A stretch of 64,000 nucleotides of DNA, taken from NCBI GenBank assembly GCA_903908165.1, contig CAIVQX010000173.1, forward strand, positions 8,528 to 72,527, read 5' to 3'. This DNA comes from an uncultured Methylococcaceae bacterium. Lineage in GTDB: Bacteria > Pseudomonadota > Gammaproteobacteria > Methylococcales > Methylomonadaceae. The notes beneath the pieces are model-generated. The model was not told where the DNA came from, ran no database searches, and worked only from the letters and a program-made list of their open reading frames with translations. The first letter of the stretch is position 1, and every line of letters starts with the position of its first letter. Made by a program: the position numbers and the translations under genes. Shown in pieces: positions 1-9,481 of this stretch.

Positions 1-2616
1 ATGAAAGGCTACAGTACTTTATGGCAACCGGGCACTGATCATGCTGGTATTGCTACTCAAATGGTAGTAGAACGTCTGTGTAATGCTGAGGGTAAAACCC
101 GCCATGACCTTGGCCGAGAAAAATTTCTCAAAAAAGTCTGGCAATGGAAAGAAGAGTCCGGCGGAACAATTACGCGTCAACTCAGACGAATGGGTTCATC
201 TTTGGATTGGGACAAAGAACGCTTCACAATGGATGAAGGGATGTCCGATGCCGTCCAGGCAGTATTTATAAAATTGTACGAAGAAGGCCTTATCTATCGT
301 GGCAAACGCTTGGTTAACTGGGATCCTATTTTGCATACAGCTGTTTCTGATCTTGAAGTACTCTCCGAAGAAGAAAATGGTTCAATGTGGCATCTACGTT
401 ATCCTTTATCTAATGGGCAAGGGCATTTGGTTGTTGCAACAACACGCCCTGAAACCATGCTTGGAGATGCCGCGGTTGCGATACACCCCAATGACGAAAG
501 ATACAGACATTTGCTGGGAGAGTTTGTAAACCTACCCTTAACAAACCGCTGCATCCCTATAATTGCTGATGAATACGTTGACCCGGAATTTGGTACTGGC
601 TGTGTCAAAATTACCCCTGCACATGATTTTAATGATTACGATGTCTGGACTCGTCATCGTCATACTTCAGTTATTCAGAATCTACCGCATGGCGGGTTAA
701 TTAACCTTTTCACCGTTGATGCAGCAATACGGAGCAACATAGAAGATGAAAACAATTTAATCCCGCAAAAATATTGTGGCCTCGATCGTTTTGAGGCTCG
801 CAAACAGATAGTTGCTGACTTAGAATCTGCAGGTTTACTGGAAAAAATAGCCGACCATAAATTAATGGTTCCGCGCGGTGACCGAACCAATAGTGTCATT
901 GAGCCTTTATTAACTGATCAATGGTATGTAAAAGTGGGTCCGTTGGCTGAGCCTGCAATTGCTGCCGTCGAAAATGGCGATATCAAATTTGTGCCAGACA
1001 ACTGGAAAAACACGTACTTTGATTGGATGCGTAATATTCAGGATTGGTGTATTTCACGGCAAATCTGGTGGGGACACCGTATCCCTGCGTGGTATGACGA
1101 ATTGGGCAATATTTACGTCGGCAACTCTGAGCCAGCAATTCGGGAAAAACATAATTTATCTACTGACTATGTGCTTAAACAAGATGAAGATGTTTTGGAT
1201 ACCTGGTTTTCATCTGCTTTATGGCCTTTTTCTACCCTAGGTTGGCCAGAAAATACTGAAGAACTAGCTAAACATTACCCAACTAGCGTCCTCGTTACTG
1301 GATTTGATATCATTTTCTTCTGGGTAGCACGAATGATTATGATGGGCTTAAAATTCCAGGGTGCTGTACCATTTAAAGAAGTTTATATCCATGGATTGGT
1401 GCGTGATGCTGAGGGTCAAAAAATGTCTAAGTCAAAAGGCAACGTACTTGACCCGATCGACATAATCGATGGTATAGAATTGGATTCTTTAATAGCAAAA
1501 CGTACAGCCGGGATGATGCAGCCACATTTAGCTAAAAAAATTGAACAAGATACACGTAAACATTTTCCTGATGGCATCCAGTCATACGGTACCGATGCAT
1601 TGCGTTTCACCTTTGCTTCTTTGGCATCTACTGGTCGCGATATTCGTTTTGACCTTGCACGGACTGAAGGTTATCGTAATTTTTGTAATAAACTTTGGAA
1701 TGCTGCACGTTTTGTATTGATAAATACGGAGGAACAAGATAACGGATTATCCGATATACCTTGCACCTTGACTCAAGTAGATCGCTGGATTGTTTCCAGA
1801 CTCAATCAAGTAACAGCGATAACCAGTAATGCCATTGATAATTATCGTTTTGATTTAGCGGCGCAGGCGATTTATGAATTTACTTGGAATGAATACTGCG
1901 ATTGGTATCTTGAACTGGCCAAAATTTCACTACAATCTGAAGATGCTGCAATTCAACGCGGCACACGTAAAACGCTATTGACAGTTTTGGAATCCATACT
2001 ACGATTAGCGCACCCCATCATGCCATTTATTACAGAAGAAATTTGGCAGCGTGTTTCGCCTTTAGCAGGCATACAAGCCGAATCAATCATGCTACAAGCT
2101 TACCCAGTAGTTAATGAATCGAATATTGATAACAACTCTATTGCCGAAATCAATTGGGTAATGAATTTCATTTTGGGTGTTCGTCGTATACGTGGTGAAA
2201 TGAATATTCCTCCTAGCAAGCCCTTACCTGTATTACTTCATAATGGCTCAACTATTGACCAAAACCATTTAACTAACAACTTTGTCTATTTACAAAGACT
2301 GGGCCGGTTGGAATCTATTACTTGGTTAAGTAATGACGAAACAACACCCGAGTCTGCAATTGCCTTAATTGGTGAATTAAAAATCCTCATTCCGATAGCG
2401 GGTCTTATTGACAAAGATGCTGAGTTAATACGTTTGGAAAAAGAAATACAAAAAATTAAAAATGATCTACCAAGAATTGAAGGGAAATTAAATAACCCAA
2501 CATTCATTGATAAAGCCCCATCTGATGTTATTGACAAAGAAAAAGCTAAGCTGGCCGATTTAGTATCCAATCTTCATAACTTGGAACAACAACAAATCAA
2601 AATCCGAGCTTTATAA
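1..2616 (+). CDS. valS: Valyl-tRNA synthetase (5'-truncated by window edge)
   Basis: [36 protein letters not shown] and a C-terminal coiled-coil arm. The HIGH-motif region is absent, so the first ATG is an internal Met. Confidence 0.98.
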   Translation: MKGYSTLWQPGTDHAGIATQMVVERLCNAEGKTRHDLGREKFLKKVWQWKEESGGTITRQLRRMGSSLDWDKERFTMDEGMSDAVQAVFIKLYEEGLIYRGKRLVNWDPILHTAVSDLEVLSEEENGSMWHLRYPLSNGQGHLVVATTRPETMLGDAAVAIHPNDERYRHLLGEFVNLPLTNRCIPIIADEYVDPEFGTGCVKITPAHDFNDYDVWTRHRHTSVIQNLPHGGLINLFTVDAAIRSNIEDENNLIPQKYCGLDRFEARKQIVADLESAGLLEKIADHKLMVPRGDRTNSVIEPLLTDQWYVKVGPLAEPAIAAVENGDIKFVPDNWKNTYFDWMRNIQDWCISRQIWWGHRIPAWYDELGNIYVGNSEPAIREKHNLSTDYVLKQDEDVLDTWFSSALWPFSTLGWPENTEELAKHYPTSVLVTGFDIIFFWVARMIMMGLKFQGAVPFKEVYIHGLVRDAEGQKMSKSKGNVLDPIDIIDGIELDSLIAKRTAGMMQPHLAKKIEQDTRKHFPDGIQSYGTDALRFTFASLASTGRDIRFDLARTEGYRNFCNKLWNAARFVLINTEEQDNGLSDIPCTLTQVDRWIVSRLNQVTAITSNAIDNYRFDLAAQAIYEFTWNEYCDWYLELAKISLQSEDAAIQRGTRKTLLTVLESILRLAHPIMPFITEEIWQRVSPLAGIQAESIMLQAYPVVNESNIDNNSIAEINWVMNFILGVRRIRGEMNIPPSKPLPVLLHNGSTIDQNHLTNNFVYLQRLGRLESITWLSNDETTPESAIALIGELKILIPIAGLIDKDAELIRLEKEIQKIKNDLPRIEGKLNNPTFIDKAPSDVIDKEKAKLADLVSNLHNLEQQQIKIRAL

Positions 2617-2692
2617 TTGAACCGAAAAGTAGCTTACACTGCATATAATTGGTGCTAGAGCCTTCAGCTCACCTCACCTAATAAAGGATCAC

Positions 2693-2737
2693 ATGTAAAC
2701 TGAGTAAAATAATAACTCAGTTTACATTAATTTTTTT
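2693..2737 (+). terminator. Probable intrinsic terminator of valS
   Basis: Perfect 13-bp inverted repeat ATGTAAACTGAGT (2693-2705) / ACTCAGTTTACAT (2715-2727) with a 9-nt loop, followed by a T7 run at 2731-2737. Confidence 0.6.
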
Positions 2738-2830
2738 ACTATCTAATGATATAAAGTATCTATACTGTCTTTAGACTTATACCCTAAGACTTATGCTTCA
2801 AATGAACCTCACTATAAGTTAATCATTAAT

Positions 2831-4546
2831 ATGTCGCCTATTGCACCAACTGATTCTCAATTGAGTGGTTTTATAAAATATTTAATTCAGGAAGGTCTAC
2901 TAACTGAAAATGAAACTACGAACCATAACCTAGAAGCACAAAAAAAAAACACACCCTTACTCAGTTATCTGGTAGCAAATAATTTTATAAAAAGCAAAAT
3001 TATTGCCACTAAAGCTTCAGTTGAATATGGTGTGCCCTTACTTGATCTGGATGCAATTGATCTGCTTACTCTTCCCCTACATTTAATAAATGAAAGCTTA
3101 ATTATTAAACACAGGGCTTTACCACTTTTTATTCGTGGTAAAACTCTATTTATCGCTTTATCTGACCCTACCAATCTTCAAGCTTTAGACGAAATAAAAT
3201 TTCAAAGTCAATTACATACTGAAACCATACTTGTTGAAGAAGACAAGTTAACAAAAGCGATTGATATAGCTTTAGAAGCTGATGATACATCAATAATGGA
3301 TCTGCTCGGCGACAATGCAGAAAATCTAGACATTTTAGAAAATCCTGCAGAAATTAACAAAGTTAATATTGACAGTGACATTGACGATGCACCTATCGTT
3401 AGATACGTGAATAAAATATTACTGGACTCTATAAAAAAAGGGGCTTCAGATATTCATATGGAACCTTATGAAAAAAACTTTCGTATTCGTTTCAGGGCCG
3501 ATGGAATATTACATCAAATTAGCAGTCCTCCATATAGCATTGCAAACAGAATGATTTCCCGAGTAAAAGTAATGGCAAAAATGGATATAGCTGAACATAG
3601 GGTACCTCAAGATGGTCGTATAAAAATTAAGTTATCCAAACAACATGCCATTGATTTTCGTGTAAACACTTGCCCAACTCTTTTTGGTGAAAAAGTTGTT
3701 TTAAGAATATTGGATCCTACTAGTGCACAAATCGGTATAGAAAAATTAGGCTTTGAGCCTGAACAAGAAAAAATTTTTCTCAATGCCATTAACAAACCTT
3801 ACGGTATGGTTTTAGTAACAGGCCCTACTGGTAGTGGTAAAACAGTAACACTTTATACCGCATTAAATTTACTTAATAATGTTGAGCGTAATATTTGTAC
3901 CGCCGAAGATCCCGTTGAAATAACAGTTGATGGCATCAATCAAGTAAATATGAACTTAAAAGCAGGACTAACGTTTGCAAATGCTTTAAGGGCATTTTTA
4001 CGTCAAGACCCTGACATTATTATGGTCGGCGAAATTCGCGATTTAGAAACAGCAGATATTGCTGTAAAAGCAGCCCAGACAGGCCATTTAGTTCTATCAA
4101 CATTACATACCAATGATGCTCCACAAACATTAAACAGGCTGATGCAAATGGGCATTGAACCTTTTAACATCATCTCAGCTGTTATTTTAATCATGGCGCA
4201 ACGGTTAGCAAGGCGCTTGTGTATGCATTGTAAAACACCGACCAATTTCCCTTACAACACCCTAATATCTGCCGGTTTTCGCGATGAGGAGATAAAAAAT
4301 CTTGTAACCTATGGTCCTGTTGGCTGTGAACATTGCACCAACGGATATAAAGGTAGAGTGGGTATTTATCAGGTAATGACACTAAGTGAGCCTATGCGTG
4401 CGCTCATACTTAATGGTGGAAATGCCATGCAATTGGCTGAACAAGCTAAGCTTGAGGGCATCAATGATTTACGAACATCGGGTTTAAATAAAATTCGTTT
4501 AGGCATTACAAGTTTGGAAGAAATTGACAGGGTCACCAAGGAATAA
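2831..4546 (+). CDS. pilB: Type IV-A pilus assembly ATPase PilB
   Basis: Walker A GPTGSGKT, TAEDPVE, LRQDPDIIMVGEIRD, tetracysteine CMHC...CEHC, N-terminal MshEN-like region. Confidence 0.96.
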   Translation: MSPIAPTDSQLSGFIKYLIQEGLLTENETTNHNLEAQKKNTPLLSYLVANNFIKSKIIATKASVEYGVPLLDLDAIDLLTLPLHLINESLIIKHRALPLFIRGKTLFIALSDPTNLQALDEIKFQSQLHTETILVEEDKLTKAIDIALEADDTSIMDLLGDNAENLDILENPAEINKVNIDSDIDDAPIVRYVNKILLDSIKKGASDIHMEPYEKNFRIRFRADGILHQISSPPYSIANRMISRVKVMAKMDIAEHRVPQDGRIKIKLSKQHAIDFRVNTCPTLFGEKVVLRILDPTSAQIGIEKLGFEPEQEKIFLNAINKPYGMVLVTGPTGSGKTVTLYTALNLLNNVERNICTAEDPVEITVDGINQVNMNLKAGLTFANALRAFLRQDPDIIMVGEIRDLETADIAVKAAQTGHLVLSTLHTNDAPQTLNRLMQMGIEPFNIISAVILIMAQRLARRLCMHCKTPTNFPYNTLISAGFRDEEIKNLVTYGPVGCEHCTNGYKGRVGIYQVMTLSEPMRALILNGGNAMQLAEQAKLEGINDLRTSGLNKIRLGITSLEEIDRVTKE

Positions 4547-4548
4547 AT

Positions 4549-5769
4549 ATGACGGATCAATCTGAACAAATAGACTTTATCTGGCAAGGTATAGACAAAA
4601 ATAGGAAGAAATCCGGTGGTGTTATTCCTGCTAAAAATGAGTTAATAGCAAAAACAGAATTAAGGCGACAAGGTTATTTCGTAACTAACATCAAAAAAAA
4701 ATCAACACCATTTTTCAGCGCTAGAATAAAGACTATTACACCAAATGATATTGCAATTTTTTCCCGACAATTAGCCACTATGCTGGCTGCTGGCATCCCA
4801 TTAGTGCAATCATTCCACATAATTGGCAAAGGACATGAAAATCCAAGCATGCAAGTTTTGCTATTAGCCATAAAAGCTAATATTGAAAATGGTGATACCC
4901 TTGCAGAAGCGCTAAAAAAAAACCCTCTTTATTTTGACGAGTTGTTCTGTAATTTGGTTTATGCAGGTGAACATGCTGGGATACTAGAAACACTTTTGGA
5001 TAAAATTGCAACTTATAAAGAAAAAACAGAGTCTATGAAGAAGAAAATTAAAAAGGCTCTGACCTATCCAATCGCAGTTATCGTTGTCGCATTTATTGTT
5101 ACAGCTATATTGCTCCTTTTTGTAGTACCTGTCTTTGAAGACATGTTCAAAAGCTTCGGAGCCGATTTACCTGCTTTTACCAGAATGGTTGTAAACATGT
5201 CTCAATGGCTAAAAGAATGGTGGTGGATTGTTCTTGGTTCCATCATCGTTTCTGCTTATGTATTTGGATACTTCAAAAAACGTTCAACAACTTTTAATCA
5301 TTTTTTAGATTCAATGCTACTCAAAATGCCAGTAGTTGGCATTATCTTAAGAAAATCTGCCATTGCACGATTTGCAAGAACTTTATCCACCATGTCTGCA
5401 GCCGGAGTTCCTCTGGTAGATGCATTACAATCAGTTGCTGGAGCTTGTGGCAATAACAACTTCGCTCAAGCTGTTTTAAAAATGCGAGAAGAAGTTGCAA
5501 CAGGACAAAGATTACAATTTGCAATGATGCAAACAAATCTTTTTCCTCATATGGTTCAACAAATGGTTGCTATCGGTGAAGAATCAGGCGCAATGGATGC
5601 CATGTTGGCTAAAATTGCTGATTTTTATGAAGAAGAGGTTGATAATCTCGTCGACAACTTAAGTAGCTTAATGGAACCTGTTATCATGGTTATACTAGGT
5701 ATTCTGATTGGTGGTTTAATTGTTGCCATGTACCTACCCATTTTTAAAATGGGTGCAGCAATTTCCTAA
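4549..5769 (+). CDS. pilC: Type IV pilus inner-membrane platform protein PilC (GspF family)
   Basis: FSRQLATMLAAGIPL, AGEHAGILE, GEESGAMD, EPVIMVILG...MYLPIF; position after pilB. Confidence 0.96.
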   Translation: MTDQSEQIDFIWQGIDKNRKKSGGVIPAKNELIAKTELRRQGYFVTNIKKKSTPFFSARIKTITPNDIAIFSRQLATMLAAGIPLVQSFHIIGKGHENPSMQVLLLAIKANIENGDTLAEALKKNPLYFDELFCNLVYAGEHAGILETLLDKIATYKEKTESMKKKIKKALTYPIAVIVVAFIVTAILLLFVVPVFEDMFKSFGADLPAFTRMVVNMSQWLKEWWWIVLGSIIVSAYVFGYFKKRSTTFNHFLDSMLLKMPVVGIILRKSAIARFARTLSTMSAAGVPLVDALQSVAGACGNNNFAQAVLKMREEVATGQRLQFAMMQTNLFPHMVQQMVAIGEESGAMDAMLAKIADFYEEEVDNLVDNLSSLMEPVIMVILGILIGGLIVAMYLPIFKMGAAIS

Positions 5770-5842
5770 CTTTTGCACAGCAAGAAGAAAATAACTCATT
5801 CACTTAAGCTAAACAACCACCACAAAAAAACGGCAACACTAT

Positions 5843-5866
5843 GCCTTAAAGCCTTAAAGCCTTAAC
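5843..5866. repeat. Three tandem copies of an 8-bp unit (GCCTTAAA, GCCTTAAA, GCCTTAAC) just upstream of pilD
   Basis: Read directly from the sequence. Confidence 0.8.
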
Positions 5867-5874
5867 AAAAAAAC

Positions 5875-6756
5875 ATGATAGAACAATTGGATATCCTAAT
5901 AAACTCACCTTATTGCATAATCGCACTCGCCAGTATTATTGGCTTGATGGTCGGAAGTTTTCTTAATGTTGTGATTTATCGCTTACCAATAATGATGCAA
6001 AGCAATTGGGAAAAAGAATGCTGTGAGTTTCTTAACATAAACTTATTTGACATCACCAAAAAACGAAAATCAATTAATCTGGCTTTACCCTTATCTCACT
6101 GCCCTAATTGTAAAACTCCGATTAAACCTTATCAAAATATACCGTTACTTAGTTATTTTTTATTGAAAGGCAAATGTTCAAAATGTTATAAACCTATTTC
6201 CTTACGCTATCCATTTATTGAACTTTTTACTGCGATAATTACAGTCATAGTGGTTTGGCATTTTGGTTATAGTCCACAGACTATTTTTGCCTTGATACTG
6301 TCTTGGTCATTAATTACGTTAAGTTGCATTGATATAGACCATCAGTTATTGCCTGATGATATTACGTTTCCACTGCTTTGGTTAGGCATATTTTTAAGCT
6401 TATTCGGCTTCTTTACAGATATCCATGCCAGTATTATTGGCGTAATGGCCGGATACACAAGTCTATGGCTTGTATATCATTTATTCAAATTAACAACTGG
6501 AAAAGAGGGCATGGGCTATGGTGATTTTAAACTATTTGCATTACTGGGTGGATGGTTCGGTTGGCAATATCTAACCATCATTATAATTATGTCATCGTTA
6601 GTGGGAGCATCTATTGGACTATCACTTATCATTTTCGCTGGACGTGATTACAATTCACCTATTCCTTTTGGCCCCTATTTAGCTGCTTCAGGTTGGCTTA
6701 CCTTGCTATGGGGAAACGATCTTAGTCAACTGTATTTTAATCTACTGAGCTTATAA
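5875..6756 (+). CDS. pilD: Prepilin peptidase / N-methyltransferase PilD
   Basis: GSFLNVVIYRLP, CPNC...CSKC, DIDHQLLPD, GMGYGDFKL, PFGPYLA. Confidence 0.96.
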   Translation: MIEQLDILINSPYCIIALASIIGLMVGSFLNVVIYRLPIMMQSNWEKECCEFLNINLFDITKKRKSINLALPLSHCPNCKTPIKPYQNIPLLSYFLLKGKCSKCYKPISLRYPFIELFTAIITVIVVWHFGYSPQTIFALILSWSLITLSCIDIDHQLLPDDITFPLLWLGIFLSLFGFFTDIHASIIGVMAGYTSLWLVYHLFKLTTGKEGMGYGDFKLFALLGGWFGWQYLTIIIIMSSLVGASIGLSLIIFAGRDYNSPIPFGPYLAASGWLTLLWGNDLSQLYFNLLSL

Positions 6757-6760
6757 CATA

Positions 6761-7375
6761 ATGCTAAAAATTGGTCTTACGGGTGGCATTGGAAGTGGTA
6801 AAAGCACCGTATCAAAAATTTTTCAGCAATTTGATATACCCATTATTGATGCTGATGAAATAGCTCATCAGTTAGTAACTATTGGACAACCGGCACTAGC
6901 CAAAATTCAGCAGGAATATGGTCCAAATATACTTAATCCTAACGGCTCACTTAATAGAGAGCAACTCAAGGACCTTATCTTTTCTAACGTCTTGCAAAAA
7001 CAAAAATTGGAATCTATCCTACACCCGTTAATTTTTGAATCCATACAAACACAAATTAAAGAACTGAATACGCCCTACTGTATAATTAGTATTCCATTGT
7101 TATTCGAAGCAAAAATGACCAGCCTTGTTGACCGAATATTAGTTGTTGACTGTACTGTAAAAACGCAAATAGAACGATTACTAAAACGTGATAATATGAC
7201 AATTGAAAGAATTCAATCCATTATCGATAGCCAAGTATCACAAGCATTTAGAAAAAAAATGGCTGATGACCTCATTGATAACAACAAAAACAACGAAAAC
7301 CTTGCAGATCAGATAAAAAAATTGCACAATTACTACATTTTATTGAGTAATAGTCAGGAAACATGCTCACTGTGA
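6761..7375 (+). CDS. coaE: Dephospho-CoA kinase
   Basis: IGLTGGIGSGKST, IIDADEIAH, IPLLFE; conserved pilD-coaE-zapD-yacG order. Confidence 0.96.
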   Translation: MLKIGLTGGIGSGKSTVSKIFQQFDIPIIDADEIAHQLVTIGQPALAKIQQEYGPNILNPNGSLNREQLKDLIFSNVLQKQKLESILHPLIFESIQTQIKELNTPYCIISIPLLFEAKMTSLVDRILVVDCTVKTQIERLLKRDNMTIERIQSIIDSQVSQAFRKKMADDLIDNNKNNENLADQIKKLHNYYILLSNSQETCSL

Positions 7376-8142
7376 ACAATACTATTACGTATGAATTTCC
7401 TCTGCATGAACGAATACGTGTATTTATAAGACTCGAACAACTTTTTCAACAATTTCTCTATCTTACTAATGGTAATACCGTAGCTGATAAACGATCAGCT
7501 ATTACCGTCTTGCTGGATATCGCATCAATTTTCAAACGTAATGATCTAAAGTCAGAAATTATAAAAGAACTTGATCGTCAAGCAGTTACTCTCAACAAAA
7601 TCGCTAACAATGAAAGCGTTGATAAATCTAAACTAGAAAAAATTCTTGATGAACTTAATCAGATCAGTAGAAAACTTCATGCCGTAAATGGAAAAATAGG
7701 CATCAATATTCCAATTAGCGACTTATTTCAAAGTATTGCCCAGCGCAGTTCAATACCGGGAGGGACTTGTTGTTTTGATCTACCAGAATATCACTATTGG
7801 CTGGAGCAAGACGAATCGGTTCGACTAAAAGATTTAAAATGCTGGAGTAGTCCATTCATCGACATTTATACAGCAATCGAATTTATTCTTAATTTCATAC
7901 GTAATAGCCAAGCCCCCAAAGATGAAATAGCGATTGCTGGCTTTTCTCAGGTCCCACTGGATCAGAATCAACCGTTCCAACTTATAAAAGTAACTTTAAA
8001 TAAGTCGCTACCTTACTTTGTTGAAATAAGTGGGGGTAAACATCGTTGCAACATACGATTTATGGAGCCTTCTATTGAAAATAAACGGCCCACCCAAAGT
8101 ATTAATGATATCCCTTTTAGCCTTACCTGCTGCTTGTTCTAA
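7363..8142 (+). CDS. zapD: Cell division protein ZapD
   Basis: [37 protein letters not shown]; synteny. Confidence 0.93.
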   Translation: MLTVNNTITYEFPLHERIRVFIRLEQLFQQFLYLTNGNTVADKRSAITVLLDIASIFKRNDLKSEIIKELDRQAVTLNKIANNESVDKSKLEKILDELNQISRKLHAVNGKIGINIPISDLFQSIAQRSSIPGGTCCFDLPEYHYWLEQDESVRLKDLKCWSSPFIDIYTAIEFILNFIRNSQAPKDEIAIAGFSQVPLDQNQPFQLIKVTLNKSLPYFVEISGGKHRCNIRFMEPSIENKRPTQSINDIPFSLTCCLF

Positions 8143-8348
8143 TGACTTCACCTGTTAATCCAATAACGGTAAAATGTCCGACCTGCAAAAGCACTGTTTC
8201 TTGGATAGCCGAACAGCAATACAAACCTTTTTGTTGTGAGCGTTGTAAATTAATAGACTTGGGTGAATGGGTAATGGAAGAAAAAAGAATTCCTGGTGAA
8301 TCACTAAAATTGGAAAATGATGATGAGGAAGATTCTTTTTTCCAATAA
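8142..8348 (+). CDS. yacG: DNA gyrase inhibitor YacG
   Basis: VKCPTC...[15 protein letters not shown] Zn-finger and acidic tail. Confidence 0.93.
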   Translation: MTSPVNPITVKCPTCKSTVSWIAEQQYKPFCCERCKLIDLGEWVMEEKRIPGESLKLENDDEEDSFFQ

Positions 8349-8572
8349 GCCATTAATCAGAGTACAACATTATTACTATTTACCTCCCCTTAGTTTAATT
8401 CCTTATAAAATATGATCTTTACATACTGAAAACATAACTCTATTAGTAAAAATTTTTAGAATGCGTCATTCGTTATAAGCCTGTTTTTTTAAAAGTACTC
8501 AACTTAATCCCATTAATACACATTGGAAATTAGTAGATTTATGTTAATGAAGCTATAACGTTTACACATAAA

Positions 8573-9481
8573 ATGCATCCTGCTCTAATTAAATTGGAAA
8601 ATAGCTTCAAACCATCAATTTTAACAAAACTAGGTGACCCACTATTAGATGAATACCAGATTGAATTATGGATAAAGCGTGATGATTTATTACATCCTAT
8701 CATTTCGGGTAACAAATGGAGAAAACTTAAATATAGTCTCGATCATGCTCTATCTCTTGGCTCAGACACCCTTATTAGTATGGGTGGCACTTATTCAAAT
8801 CATTTACATGCCCTTGCTTATGCCGGTAAAATTTTAGGCCTAAAGACAAAAGCATTCATTCGTGGCGAGCAACCGACAACGTTAACTTCAACTTTAATAG
8901 ATATACAAAATTGGGGAATGGAACTCTCATTTGTATCCCGCTCTGACTACAAATTACTTAGACAATACAAAAATTGCCATGATCTGCCTGCATTAAAACG
9001 AAGTCAATATTGGGTTCCTGAAGGAGGTGCACAAATATTGGCTTTAAAAGGTGTTGCGGAACTGGTTAACGAAATAGATATAACATATAACATACTATGT
9101 GTTCCGTGTGGCACCGGCGCAACTCTGGCAGGCATAATTAATGCGGCTCCTGAAAAGGCATCAATATGGGGATTTGCAGCATTAAAAAATGCTGCTTTTT
9201 TAGAATCTGATGTGGCTAGCTTATTACCCAAAATATCTAGTGATAACTGGAAAGTCAATTTAGATTATCACTTTGGTGGTTTTGCCAAAAAATCTACTGA
9301 GCTCTTGGATTTTATTAAGAATTTTGAAGATAAAACAGGCATTCCTCTTGAGTCTGTTTATACCGGAAAAATGCTTTTTGGTATCTATGACTTAATAACA
9401 AAACACACTTTTAAACCTCGTCAGCGTATTATTGCTATTCATACAGGTGGATTACAGGGGAAAAGAGGATTTACAAAATGA
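8573..9481 (+). CDS. ACC deaminase / D-cysteine desulfhydrase family PLP enzyme
   Basis: SGNKWRKLK (PLP lysine), GGTYSNHLHA, PEGG, CGTGATLAG, YTGKM, IHTGGLQG. Confidence 0.88.
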   Translation: MHPALIKLENSFKPSILTKLGDPLLDEYQIELWIKRDDLLHPIISGNKWRKLKYSLDHALSLGSDTLISMGGTYSNHLHALAYAGKILGLKTKAFIRGEQPTTLTSTLIDIQNWGMELSFVSRSDYKLLRQYKNCHDLPALKRSQYWVPEGGAQILALKGVAELVNEIDITYNILCVPCGTGATLAGIINAAPEKASIWGFAALKNAAFLESDVASLLPKISSDNWKVNLDYHFGGFAKKSTELLDFIKNFEDKTGIPLESVYTGKMLFGIYDLITKHTFKPRQRIIAIHTGGLQGKRGFTK

